Positions 55,413-64,000 of a DNA stretch of 64,000 bases are shown piece after piece; the stretch's first letter is position 1; each line of letters starts with the position of its first letter. The position numbers were made by a program, and so were the translations under genes. The stretch comes from a virus (taxonomy: Duplodnaviria; Caudoviricetes): positions 32,001 through 96,000 of IMG/VR virus record IMGVR_UViG_3300032295_003763. The stretch is one strand, 5' to 3'. A model generated the notes under the pieces. It searched no databases and was not told the DNA's origin. It saw nothing but the letters and a program-made list of their open reading frames with translations.

Positions 55413-56273
55413 TTAAGTTTGTAAAAATCGTATATAGAAGAATTCTGGTTTTTTTCCAACCTTTTGTATAGAGTATTCTTTCGATAAAAGAAAATTAATA
55501 GTTTCTTCCTTTGTGTCTTCAACTATATCTAATATAAGGTTTTTATAGATCATAACAATACCTGGTGTTAAATCATCTATAGTCTGCGAAGACGCTATAA
55601 GGCATAATGGATCTATAGATTCTAAATATTCAGGTATTTCTTGATATGGTATTAACTTGTGATTTATCTTTAGATTAGATTCATTTTTATACTCTTTTAG
55701 TTTTTCAGATAAAAATTTAGATAGTATAACATGTTTCAAACCTATATTATTAAGTTCTTTTAACACTATATCGGAATATTCAAGTTTTCTTATTATAGAA
55801 TCAGATGTAGTATCTTTAGAAATTGTAAAGGCTCCTATTGATTCTTTAAATTGTCCATAAATACTAGTCGTAGTTCTACCTAATTCGGACATCATAAATA
55901 ATATCATCTTGTCAATAGATTCAATAACCTTATCTTCAAGAATAACCTTTACCTTATGTATAACATCTTCAATATTATTATCCTTTATCAAATCTTTCTT
56001 AATAGAAAGCGACTCACTGAGTATCTTATCTACTTTTATTACCGTATAGAGTTCTTCCTTTTTAAAATTAATATGGTTCTTAAATTTATAAGGAATTATA
56101 TCTTTAGTATGAATCCTCGCAGTATCTAAATTTTCTAAATCATATTGAGCAATGTTTTTGAAATTGCTTATTAACGACTTAAATCTATAAGATTTTTCCA
56201 AAGAGTCATTTTCGGAAAATAATTTATTATACACAGATTTGATAATATCTATCATTCCGCTAGTGGATCCCAT
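55413..56273 (-). CDS. Possible divergent gp23/gp24 (major capsid fold) paralog
   Basis: DLIKDNNIEDVIHKVKVILEDKVIESIDKMIL, HVILS, PGIVMIY resemble gp23 P-domain segments; recognised by eye only. Confidence 0.4.
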   Translation of the reverse strand: MGSTSGMIDIIKSVYNKLFSENDSLEKSYRFKSLISNFKNIAQYDLENLDTARIHTKDIIPYKFKNHINFKKEELYTVIKVDKILSESLSIKKDLIKDNNIEDVIHKVKVILEDKVIESIDKMILFMMSELGRTTTSIYGQFKESIGAFTISKDTTSDSIIRKLEYSDIVLKELNNIGLKHVILSKFLSEKLKEYKNESNLKINHKLIPYQEIPEYLESIDPLCLIASSQTIDDLTPGIVMIYKNLILDIVEDTKEETINFLLSKEYSIQKVGKKPEFFYIRFLQT

Positions 56274-57490
56274 GTATAATTAACAAAATTCTCAACATCT
56301 GGTTTAGGAGTCCAAAGTGATGCTGACCAACCTAATTCATCAGACCAAACATCATCGTGAACACCCAATTCTACAAATCTATCGTGGATTTGTCTATCGT
56401 AGCGTTCTCTGATAAATCTAACTAATCTTTGAATTTCTTGTCTTCTATAGTTTTGAGTATTATCTCCTCCAGCATTCATCCACTGGATATATCCTAACTG
56501 TGCGATTCTTACAAATTTAGTCTTTAAGAATGTTCTTATGATTATCTCATAATCATCACAAACACCCAATAAAGCACTGTGGCCATTGATATCTCTATAG
56601 ATGTCGGTTCTCCATGCTCTGATGTGATTAGGAACGCCTACGATGTGTCTAATAGTCCTTGGATTGATATTACAACTAATGTGGGTCAAATATGATCTAT
56701 CTCTATACCAATCTACTTTGTATTTACCATATCCCATCGCAAAACCATCACCATACACTACACATTTACCATCTTCTTCATATACTTCTGTGCAATCGGT
56801 ATAATAGAAACCTGCGTCTGGGAATTGTAAATAAGCTTTACTAATCCAGCTCAAAGCATTTTCAGTCAATTCATCATCATGGTCTAGCTCAAGAACAATT
56901 TGTCCTTGACAAAGGTTTGCAGCGTAGTATTTTGTTTCTCCTACTCTACCACTATTTCTACGGCCTCTGAAAATTTTGATACGATGATCAGACTTGGATA
57001 ATTCAACTAGCATGTTCCAGGTTTCGTTATTATCATCAGAATCATCGAAAATAACCCACTCCCAGTTGTTATAACTGCTATTTTTAAGAGAATTGTATGG
57101 ACGCATTAATTTATCACCTGTTCTATACACAGGTGTAAAAATGCTAATAAGGGGGACTTTATCAACTCTATCTACCGCAGCATTTATAAATACCCTATAT
57201 GCCGATTCACCTATATCTACAGGGTTTGCATCCTCTGGGTATGATATCCACTTCCTTCGGTCTTCAAAAGGCAAATTTAACAGATTGACCCATTGGTCAT
57301 CATTACCAATAGATATTATTACTTGAGGTCTAATTTCTGATAAAATTTCATAAATATTATCATCTGTGGTATATCTGCGAATATCAAATTCAAGTGGCTC
57401 CCAAGCACCTACATCTCTTGTTTGTATCGGAAGCGTATCGCCATTTTTTTGAAAAAGGGCTAAAACAGGTAATCCTCTTTTCGAATCCAT
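56252..57490 (-). CDS. Glycosyltransferase family 2 with N-terminal extension
   Basis: LISIFTPVY, WEWVIFDDS, ELDHDDEL, YYTD, CDDYEIIIR. Confidence 0.9.
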   Translation of the reverse strand: MDSKRGLPVLALFQKNGDTLPIQTRDVGAWEPLEFDIRRYTTDDNIYEILSEIRPQVIISIGNDDQWVNLLNLPFEDRRKWISYPEDANPVDIGESAYRVFINAAVDRVDKVPLISIFTPVYRTGDKLMRPYNSLKNSSYNNWEWVIFDDSDDNNETWNMLVELSKSDHRIKIFRGRRNSGRVGETKYYAANLCQGQIVLELDHDDELTENALSWISKAYLQFPDAGFYYTDCTEVYEEDGKCVVYGDGFAMGYGKYKVDWYRDRSYLTHISCNINPRTIRHIVGVPNHIRAWRTDIYRDINGHSALLGVCDDYEIIIRTFLKTKFVRIAQLGYIQWMNAGGDNTQNYRRQEIQRLVRFIRERYDRQIHDRFVELGVHDDVWSDELGWSASLWTPKPDVENFVNYTWDPLAE

Positions 57491-57547
57491 AATATAAGAA
57501 TAGATATAAAAAACAATTTATTATTATACAATATACTAAAATTTTGT

Positions 57548-59035
57548 TTAGAAAATATCCTCAGACTGAGGAACACCCCATTCTCTTCTAGTTAATTTAT
57601 ATTTTGCTGTGATTCTACCTATAGTTACATCATAAACTATTTTAAATCCCTCAACTACAAAAAAACCACTTAAGAATCTATCAACCGTTGGATATAAACT
57701 CAATAAAGGTAGATTTGTGTTTTGCTTATTAGCATCTATCTCATCTTTACTCATATAAACTGAAGAGTCTTGAAAATTGTCGGTAATAAAAATTATTATA
57801 GGTATTCTTTCCATTTTTATAACAGCAGGATTCCATCCCCATAAATCTATATCAATATACATCTTTTCTAACTCTTTATTATTGGTAAAATTCTGATGAA
57901 ATGCTAAAGCGTATTTTTGATGTACATTTCCATTCGGTAAAGAATATTGTATACCATTCCAAATATTTTTAAGATGTTCCTTTTCTATTGTTTCATCCTT
58001 TAATCCACGTAATCGTATTTTAGTATCTTCTGTACCTGGAGTAGAAAGGGGATTAAATTCTATCATATTTTCTTCAGATATAGTCTTTAATGTATGGTCA
58101 TAAAAATACATTTTTTTACCATATCCTTGAGAATAAGAGATAGCAGAAGAATTATTTACTAGTTCATAATTTGTTATCTTAAAATTAGAATTCGTACCGT
58201 ATTCTAGATTTGAAAGGATTAAGTCTTGTTTTTTATTCGGTTGATCAGCATCATCTATCGTTAAATTGGGATCTGCGACATCAAAAACATTTCTTTGAAA
58301 GATTGCAAGTGCCTCATCAAATTTTTTAGTTTGATCAAATTGTTTCTCTACTTCAATAAAATTTACATTATAATAAACATCTATGAATGAACGATAAAAT
58401 GTGTTTTCATTTCTCCAAGAGTGATCCGTTATATGTAATATGAAATCTTTATAAGATTTCCAATCACATATCCATACCATTTCATCGTCCGTAGGATCTT
58501 CTATATTCGTTGCAAATCCTAATTGTAACTCACTAGCAACTTTTTTTATTACATCAATTGATGTACCCTTAAAGGCTTTATTCTGTTCAACCCATATTTT
58601 TTTTATATTTAAAATACCTGTAATATAAAATATTGTAGACGGTTCCAAATCATTTAAATATGTTGTCTCAACGTGTGTAATCAAATAATCATTTCTTATA
58701 GGCTTATAAACATCATTATAACTCCTCAAATAAACTGATGCTATATCACCATCCTTTGGTAGTTTTTGTGCTATAAACTCATTATTTGAAACTATAAGTT
58801 TCATATGTAGAATAGGTAAAAAATTAGAGCAATCAATTTCAAATGATGTAAGTTCTACTCTTTTAATTCTATACTCATTGATCAAAATATATGGGAAATC
58901 AAATCCCATAACCTTACTACTTTTATATCCCGTGGCAAATGTAAGAGATAGTGCATCATCCTGTTCGGTATCCATATCTGCTAACACTATAGTAGCATTA
59001 GATACTGTTCTTATTTTGGTTTTTTCAAAAGCCAT
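57548..59035 (-). CDS. Baseplate hub-like (gp27/late control D-like) protein
   Basis: Position next to gp53-like gene; TSIDVIKKVA..L, FLSGFFVV.G..I.Y...YKLTRREW resemble hub proteins. Confidence 0.55.
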   Translation of the reverse strand: MAFEKTKIRTVSNATIVLADMDTEQDDALSLTFATGYKSSKVMGFDFPYILINEYRIKRVELTSFEIDCSNFLPILHMKLIVSNNEFIAQKLPKDGDIASVYLRSYNDVYKPIRNDYLITHVETTYLNDLEPSTIFYITGILNIKKIWVEQNKAFKGTSIDVIKKVASELQLGFATNIEDPTDDEMVWICDWKSYKDFILHITDHSWRNENTFYRSFIDVYYNVNFIEVEKQFDQTKKFDEALAIFQRNVFDVADPNLTIDDADQPNKKQDLILSNLEYGTNSNFKITNYELVNNSSAISYSQGYGKKMYFYDHTLKTISEENMIEFNPLSTPGTEDTKIRLRGLKDETIEKEHLKNIWNGIQYSLPNGNVHQKYALAFHQNFTNNKELEKMYIDIDLWGWNPAVIKMERIPIIIFITDNFQDSSVYMSKDEIDANKQNTNLPLLSLYPTVDRFLSGFFVVEGFKIVYDVTIGRITAKYKLTRREWGVPQSEDIF

Positions 59036-59655
59036 TATTGAGGACTATTCAGTTTATTTTTTAAAACTTGACTAATTAATTCAGCTTTACTTATAGGCTC
59101 CGTAGAACATTCTGAAGCATTTCGTCCTACTCCAGGTGCAAATCTTACTTTATTGTTAATAACCTCAACCTCGCCATCCCCAAATTCATTAAAGTTAGGG
59201 GGTAAGTTGTTAGGTGAAGGTGCTGGTGTATCTGCTCCAAGTTCTCGAAGCTTTTTAAATCTATTCGTTAGTTTTTGAATATTTTTATCTGGTGTAGCAG
59301 CTTTATCAGGATTTACATAATTATTACGAATATCTTCATCAGTATCAATTAACTTATCAGCAGGATTTATATTAAGAGAATTACCAGAACTTCTTAATAA
59401 GATAATATCGTCAGTATTCAAAGTAAATGGGTTTGAAATATAATTTGTTTTGAGCATTTCTGTAAAGTCCATAGAATTATCAATACCCATCATTAATAAA
59501 TCTGGACGCATAATCATAGAATTATCCACATAATATCTTTTATCAAAAGTTTCATTCCCAAATGAACTTAACGATTTTGATGTTAAATCAATCTTAGTTT
59601 CATCATTTTCAGTAATTTCTAATTTATTTTCTAATGCATCTAATTTTATACTCAT
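59035..59655 (-). CDS. gp53: T4 gp53-like baseplate wedge protein (LysM-like)
   Basis: MRPDLL...LKTNYISNPFTLNTDDIILL. Confidence 0.7.
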   Translation of the reverse strand: MSIKLDALENKLEITENDETKIDLTSKSLSSFGNETFDKRYYVDNSMIMRPDLLMMGIDNSMDFTEMLKTNYISNPFTLNTDDIILLRSSGNSLNINPADKLIDTDEDIRNNYVNPDKAATPDKNIQKLTNRFKKLRELGADTPAPSPNNLPPNFNEFGDGEVEVINNKVRFAPGVGRNASECSTEPISKAELISQVLKNKLNSPQ

Positions 59656-59673
59656 ATCTATATTAATATTTTA

Positions 59674-61596
59674 TTATTTAAATACTGATCCTATTGGTTG
59701 AAATATCTGAGCTTGTATTTTATTTTTCTTATTATCAACTTTTGTTAAATCTGATATTTGTCTACCAGAATTATCTACACTCGTCCTATTAAATGCACCA
59801 AGAGTATCCGTATCTTTATTTTGATACTCACTAAAACTATTAAATGTGCTATACGATTGATCCACATTTACGGTTCCTTCTTTATATGGATAATAAATTC
59901 TACCGCCGCCCCCATTAAATATGGATTGAATATCACTCGCATCTCTAGCTCTGCCGTGTTCTAGTGTACAAGAATACTTGAATTCAGTTGGAAAATCATC
60001 TATAGACAATTCATCGTTAAATTCCATATCAGTTGTTGTACACCATAGATTACCCATCATCATAATTGGGGCAAATGGATTCCCAACCTGTAAATGCCAT
60101 TCTCCAGTAGGAGCACCAGTTAATTCCGCTTTAGTTTGTTCTAATACTGTTCTCTGAAGTGCTTTCATTTTATCATTATTAGCAAAAAGATATTGTGCCG
60201 CTATTTCTGTCAAAGAACCAGTATTTTCTGGTTTTGCTAATGCACTTAACCCTTCATTAATAAATGTTGTAAAAAATTGTTGAACTCTATCCGATACTGC
60301 TTTTGCTCCACCACCAATTTGCTTACTTAGTTCGTCTTTTAATTTAGATGGATTATTTAATTCTGACAACAAAGAAAATACAAGTTCCGTTCTAACTAGT
60401 GGAAAGTTAGCACGATCTATAAGAAACCTATTCTCTCCACCCCAAAATAATGCATGGTTATAAGTTAATGCTAACATATTTGATAATATATCAAGCATAG
60501 CTGCCTTTTGATTAACATTTTCAATGGTCTTTGATGAATAATCAAAAGTTACTTTAAGATTATTCTGAGTAAATACTAGTCCTCTATCTCTAATTTTAGC
60601 ACCCGTTATAACATTAACAGGGCCATAAACTAAATCTTGAAGTGGTCCTTGCTTCCAAGGATCATAAGCAGATGTCCAATTACGTAAGGCACCTATATCT
60701 GAACCAGTTCCTGATAAAATAGAAAGTAACTTGATACCAGTTTCTTCCGCACTTCCACTTTTTGCTCCAGATGAATTAAGAAAACTTTCAGCCTCATCTA
60801 ATTTAATAACTTCATTATTTTGCCCAGCACCCTTTACATCCTTTGTATTAATTTTAATATTCATTTTAGTAAAATTACTCAACTTATTATTTGAAGCATC
60901 TAGATATGTTAGGGCTTGAGCAATTGGTTTTCTTAATGGCGATTCGGGTCCCTCGGATTTTATAGCAACTCTAAGTTCATCATATACAGGAGCCATAAAT
61001 CTACGAAGTGTAATCAATCTGTTATTATTAAATGGATGATAATGTTTCATATACAGAAAATCACCATAAGAATATCTTCTTTCAGGTTGATTTGCTCCAG
61101 GTCCACCTTCAGAATAATGGCTAATTATAAGACTTGTAGATGGGTTCTTATATTGTGCGTAATCAGCCATTCCAAAATAATCAATGGATCCTTCTTCAGC
61201 ATTTAAATCAGTTATAGGGTTTGAATTTTCATTAGTACCATCCATTATAGAATGGTATCTTACTAAATAATAAGGATTAATTAAACTTGGAAATCCTTGT
61301 AATGCTCTGGCGGATGATCCTTGCGGATTGTCTTGATTTACTGAAGTACCAACAGGTTTAAGCGTTTTAGCCTCTGGATTCGAAGTAATTCTAGTCAAAT
61401 CTAAGTTCGTATCACCAGCTTGACCACCACCCCCTGAACCTGTAAACCCTGCAGTTGCGTTTGAAGCTGAACCTGGATTACTTTGTTGTCTCGCACTATT
61501 TGCAGCATTCAGTGCGTCTTTAGCTTTATCCGTAGCACTACCAGACCCTGTATTACCTGTTAATGAATTATATAAATCAGTTACAAAACCAAACAT
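59674..61596 (-). CDS. Tail-tube/baseplate junction protein (gp48/gp54-like)
   Basis: F.YS.K, WHLQVGNPFAPIMMMGNL.C....EF..EL..DDFPTE......L.H; located in the baseplate cluster. Confidence 0.55.
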   Translation of the reverse strand: MFGFVTDLYNSLTGNTGSGSATDKAKDALNAANSARQQSNPGSASNATAGFTGSGGGGQAGDTNLDLTRITSNPEAKTLKPVGTSVNQDNPQGSSARALQGFPSLINPYYLVRYHSIMDGTNENSNPITDLNAEEGSIDYFGMADYAQYKNPSTSLIISHYSEGGPGANQPERRYSYGDFLYMKHYHPFNNNRLITLRRFMAPVYDELRVAIKSEGPESPLRKPIAQALTYLDASNNKLSNFTKMNIKINTKDVKGAGQNNEVIKLDEAESFLNSSGAKSGSAEETGIKLLSILSGTGSDIGALRNWTSAYDPWKQGPLQDLVYGPVNVITGAKIRDRGLVFTQNNLKVTFDYSSKTIENVNQKAAMLDILSNMLALTYNHALFWGGENRFLIDRANFPLVRTELVFSLLSELNNPSKLKDELSKQIGGGAKAVSDRVQQFFTTFINEGLSALAKPENTGSLTEIAAQYLFANNDKMKALQRTVLEQTKAELTGAPTGEWHLQVGNPFAPIMMMGNLWCTTTDMEFNDELSIDDFPTEFKYSCTLEHGRARDASDIQSIFNGGGGRIYYPYKEGTVNVDQSYSTFNSFSEYQNKDTDTLGAFNRTSVDNSGRQISDLTKVDNKKNKIQAQIFQPIGSVFK

Positions 61597-61610
61597 TCCA
61601 ATTAGTTATT

Positions 61611-61979
61611 TTATATCATAAGAAGACCTACAACAAGATCTGCTTTAATATTATTTTTCTTCAAAATTTCACTCACGGACTTTTTTATGTCTGAAGTATA
61701 TTTTGGAACGATATACACTATATCCTTCTCTGTTTCATATATTTTCTCAAGTAATAACCTCTCTAGTTCTCTTGATAAAATAAAATATCCAGCATCAGAT
61801 AAATTACCATTTAAATCATATCCTAAATCTTGAGCAACACTGAATACATCTAGATATTCGACATTCAAACCTCTAAAACGTTTTTTTATAACTTTCAAAG
61901 TACCTTCTTCGATAGTTACAACGACATTTATATTATTATTGTCGAATTCTTTATCTAGCATCTTATTCTCCCTTTTCAA
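61611..61979 (-). CDS. Hypothetical protein
   Basis: ORF in a co-oriented operon. Confidence 0.55.
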   Translation of the reverse strand: MKRENKMLDKEFDNNNINVVVTIEEGTLKVIKKRFRGLNVEYLDVFSVAQDLGYDLNGNLSDAGYFILSRELERLLLEKIYETEKDIVYIVPKYTSDIKKSVSEILKKNNIKADLVVGLLMI

Positions 61980-62463
61980 CTTTTGTATGTATATTTAAAA
62001 GGAGTTTAAGTCCTGATGCAGCCGCTATAGAATCACCCAAAGTTAATAAAATACCAATCGGTAAAATCACAACGTCATTACTAGAAAGTAGAGAAGAACT
62101 GTCACCCATAGATTCAATATCTAAACCCCATACACATTCTGAAGAATCCAATATTTCATGACTTCTCCAGAATCCTAGATGTATAAAATTGTCTTCTTTT
62201 ACTTTCCATCCATTTGACTTACAGAAATCAATTGCTTCATGTAATTGATTTAGGTTTTCTGTGGTATATTTAAATAAACCCTCGGATTCTTTTGGAAGTA
62301 TTACACCTTCTATAATACCATTCTTTATTATAAATGGTAAAATTCTGCCATAGTTTTTCTTAAGCCTAATTGTTTTAAAATTAGATTCATTATGGATAGA
62401 AAATTCTTCACATGAATAAACTACTTCGCTAATTGGGTTATCTGTATATTCTGTTTTTTTCAT
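61963..62463 (-). CDS. Hypothetical protein (possible degenerate Nudix fold)
   Basis: ILPF...FIHLG..S...DS pattern, but no Nudix box. Confidence 0.5.
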   Translation of the reverse strand: MKKTEYTDNPISEVVYSCEEFSIHNESNFKTIRLKKNYGRILPFIIKNGIIEGVILPKESEGLFKYTTENLNQLHEAIDFCKSNGWKVKEDNFIHLGFWRSHEILDSSECVWGLDIESMGDSSSLLSSNDVVILPIGILLTLGDSIAAASGLKLLLNIHTKVEKGE

Positions 62464-62472
62464 TAAAAAAGA

Positions 62473-63378
62473 TTATTGTGATTTTTCAAGTATAATTGTT
62501 TCAGGTTCTTTATATATCTGTTTATTTTCAAACTCCTGATTTATTACACTATTTTCTTCACTTTTATAATAAAGCATAAGTTTCTCTTTGATTGACTCTT
62601 TAACTTGATCGATTGTCAAATTATTCATAATATGTTCAATAACATAATCGATAGCATTATCATAAGATTCATCAATGATATTAAAAAATTCCTTTTTAAC
62701 TAGATCTATATTAATATCAATTGTAATAGGAGTAGGATTTTTCTTTCTAGATGCCAACAATTCTCTTAATGGGCTATTAGGAAGACTTGAGCTAGAAGTT
62801 ACTGCCTGAACAGGCTTAGGTTCAGGTTTAGAAGCTTTAGGTTGATATACAGGTTCTGTAGGAATTTCTACTTCTTCAACAAATTCATCACTGATACCTA
62901 TATCTGCAATGAACTGACTTTCAAGATCTTCTAATAAAATATTATAACCATCACTCATAGTTAATTGGATTTCGCCATTATTCATATCACATCCAACTAC
63001 TTCTACAATAGTACCGAAATTTTTACTAGTAATATACTTAAAAGTTTTACCAACAACCTCTCTTTTTACTGTTTCCAAAATATCTTGTGGGTTTGTAGGT
63101 ACTGCTGGTTTATTATTATTTTTAGCCGCCTGTAGTTTCTTTCTCTTCTCCGCTTCTCTCTGTCTCTTTCTTTGCTCAATAATATGTCTATTTTCTTCAG
63201 TAAGCAAATCAAAAGGGGGCACTGACTCAACTTTTGTTAAAGGGTTACCATCTTGACCTATGATTACTGCTCGATCTACGCCTTGTGACTCATAATGACC
63301 AGTTCCACCAACTGGCATCATCCTTGCACTTATATCGGGCATACCGCCCATATTACTATTTGAGGGTGTAAAGCTCAT
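62473..63378 (-). CDS. Hypothetical protein
   Basis: 301-aa ORF. Confidence 0.7.
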   Translation of the reverse strand: MSFTPSNSNMGGMPDISARMMPVGGTGHYESQGVDRAVIIGQDGNPLTKVESVPPFDLLTEENRHIIEQRKRQREAEKRKKLQAAKNNNKPAVPTNPQDILETVKREVVGKTFKYITSKNFGTIVEVVGCDMNNGEIQLTMSDGYNILLEDLESQFIADIGISDEFVEEVEIPTEPVYQPKASKPEPKPVQAVTSSSSLPNSPLRELLASRKKNPTPITIDINIDLVKKEFFNIIDESYDNAIDYVIEHIMNNLTIDQVKESIKEKLMLYYKSEENSVINQEFENKQIYKEPETIILEKSQ

Positions 63379-63396
63379 AAAAATCCTTATTATTTA

Positions 63397-63747
63397 TTAT
63401 GAAATTATTCTTTCGCCAAATTTCTGTTTGTATTCTGCTTTCCAGTCATCTGCATATCCCAATTCTTTGTAGTTCTTGTAATGATATGCGAATCTTTCCA
63501 ATGTTTTTAAAAAGTGATCTCGAATATTATCTTTATGTATTTTTTCTAGAATATCAGCTTGAATCCTAAACACATGATCAATACCTACGATTTTCCAAAC
63601 TAGATATTCTATGTTTGTTTGGAGATTATAAGAGTATTCAATATCTACAGGATACCAACCATCAGGTTCCAACCCATGCATAACCTTTTTGGTTAAAGGA
63701 TTTACATTGTTCAAATCGTATAATGTAACTATTCTTGACATATTCAA
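63397..63747 (-). CDS. Hypothetical late protein
   Basis: GATATATA at 63771-63778 upstream. Confidence 0.65.
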   Translation of the reverse strand: MNMSRIVTLYDLNNVNPLTKKVMHGLEPDGWYPVDIEYSYNLQTNIEYLVWKIVGIDHVFRIQADILEKIHKDNIRDHFLKTLERFAYHYKNYKELGYADDWKAEYKQKFGERIIS

Positions 63748-63801
63748 TCTATAAATAATACAACTTATCTTATATATCTAAGATTAAATTTTGTTGAAAA
63801 T

Positions 63802-63832
63802 TTTGTTATTATGATAATAAATATTAATTTTG
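63802..63832 (+). promoter_or_regulatory. Bacteroidota-type sigma70 promoter
   Basis: TTTG-N19-TAATTTTG upstream of the helicase ATG at 63857. Confidence 0.6.
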
Positions 63833-63856
63833 CTAAAATTATCATTGGGTCATATT

Positions 63857-64000
63857 ATGTCTTTTAAACCAAGTGTTTATCAAGAAGCAATTTTTAATCA
63901 TATAAAAAATTCAAGTCAAAATGCTGTTATTGAAGCTGTCGCTGGTTCTGGTAAAACAACAACTTTAATAGAATCTCTGAAAATTGCAAATACTGATAAT
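63857..64000 (+). CDS. UvrD/Rep-like SF1 helicase, N-terminus (truncated by the window edge)
   Basis: Hand translation MSFKPSVYQEAIF...VIEAVAGSGKTTTL (Q motif + Walker A). Confidence 0.85.
   Translation, partial: MSFKPSVYQEAIFNHIKNSSQNAVIEAVAGSGKTTTLIESLKIANTDN

Noticed and set aside
299-60919. Many short overlapping or antisense ORFs in the track (e.g. 2720-3208, 5738-6061, 8159-8578, 9467-9778, 20471-20944, 29077-29322, 42702-42947)
   Set aside because: Shadow frames of well-supported genes, with composition typical of antisense translation and no motifs.
61963-62463. Nudix hydrolase
   Set aside because: No GX5EX7REUXEEXGU box; kept as hypothetical.
1-64000. Stop-codon reassignment, as in some huge phages
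   Set aside because: Core genes are full length in the standard code, coding density is high, and TAA, TAG and TGA all end genes.
1-64000. CRISPR array, tRNAs, reverse transcriptase/DGR or long tandem DNA repeats
   Set aside because: Intergenic gaps are short and explained by promoters and terminators; I saw no repeat-spacer periodicity, cloverleaf or RT motif by eye (not a computed scan).

Overview
This AT-rich, gene-dense window is best explained as part of a jumbo/huge T4-related tailed phage genome using the standard genetic code. Recognisable core genes are ThyX, guanylate kinase, a T4-like replication/recombination block (gp32 SSB, gp61 primase, UvsY, UvsW), head genes (gp4, gp2, gp20 portal), baseplate/tail genes, an amidase, and a UvrD-like helicase cut by the right edge. 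Accessory genes include DksA/TraR, six ankyrin-repeat proteins, two GT2 glycosyltransferases, a UDP-glucose dehydrogenase split by a mini-intein at its catalytic Cys, an Rnl2-like ligase, an amidoligase, a PRTase, a HAD phosphatase and a flavoprotein. Three window-wide patterns stand out. (1) A conserved GATATATA octamer lies shortly upstream of about 20 genes on the coding strand and is absent before the replication genes; it is a candidate late promoter analogous to T4 TATAAATA. (2) More than 20 unrelated proteins share an N-terminal leader resembling the T4 internal-protein capsid-targeting sequence and gp21 cleavage site (MK..F.EF...[ILV]NE). (3) A 13-kb co-oriented cluster just downstream of the portal gene (36197-49323) encodes such leader-bearing proteins with peptidoglycan-binding domains, hydrophobic helices and two different M15 peptidases. 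I propose it as a candidate capsid-packaged, ejected envelope-crossing apparatus. TTTG-N19/20-TAnnTTTG promoters and scarce Shine-Dalgarno sites hint at a Bacteroidota/FCB host. All family assignments come from motif recognition by eye; no database searches were run.
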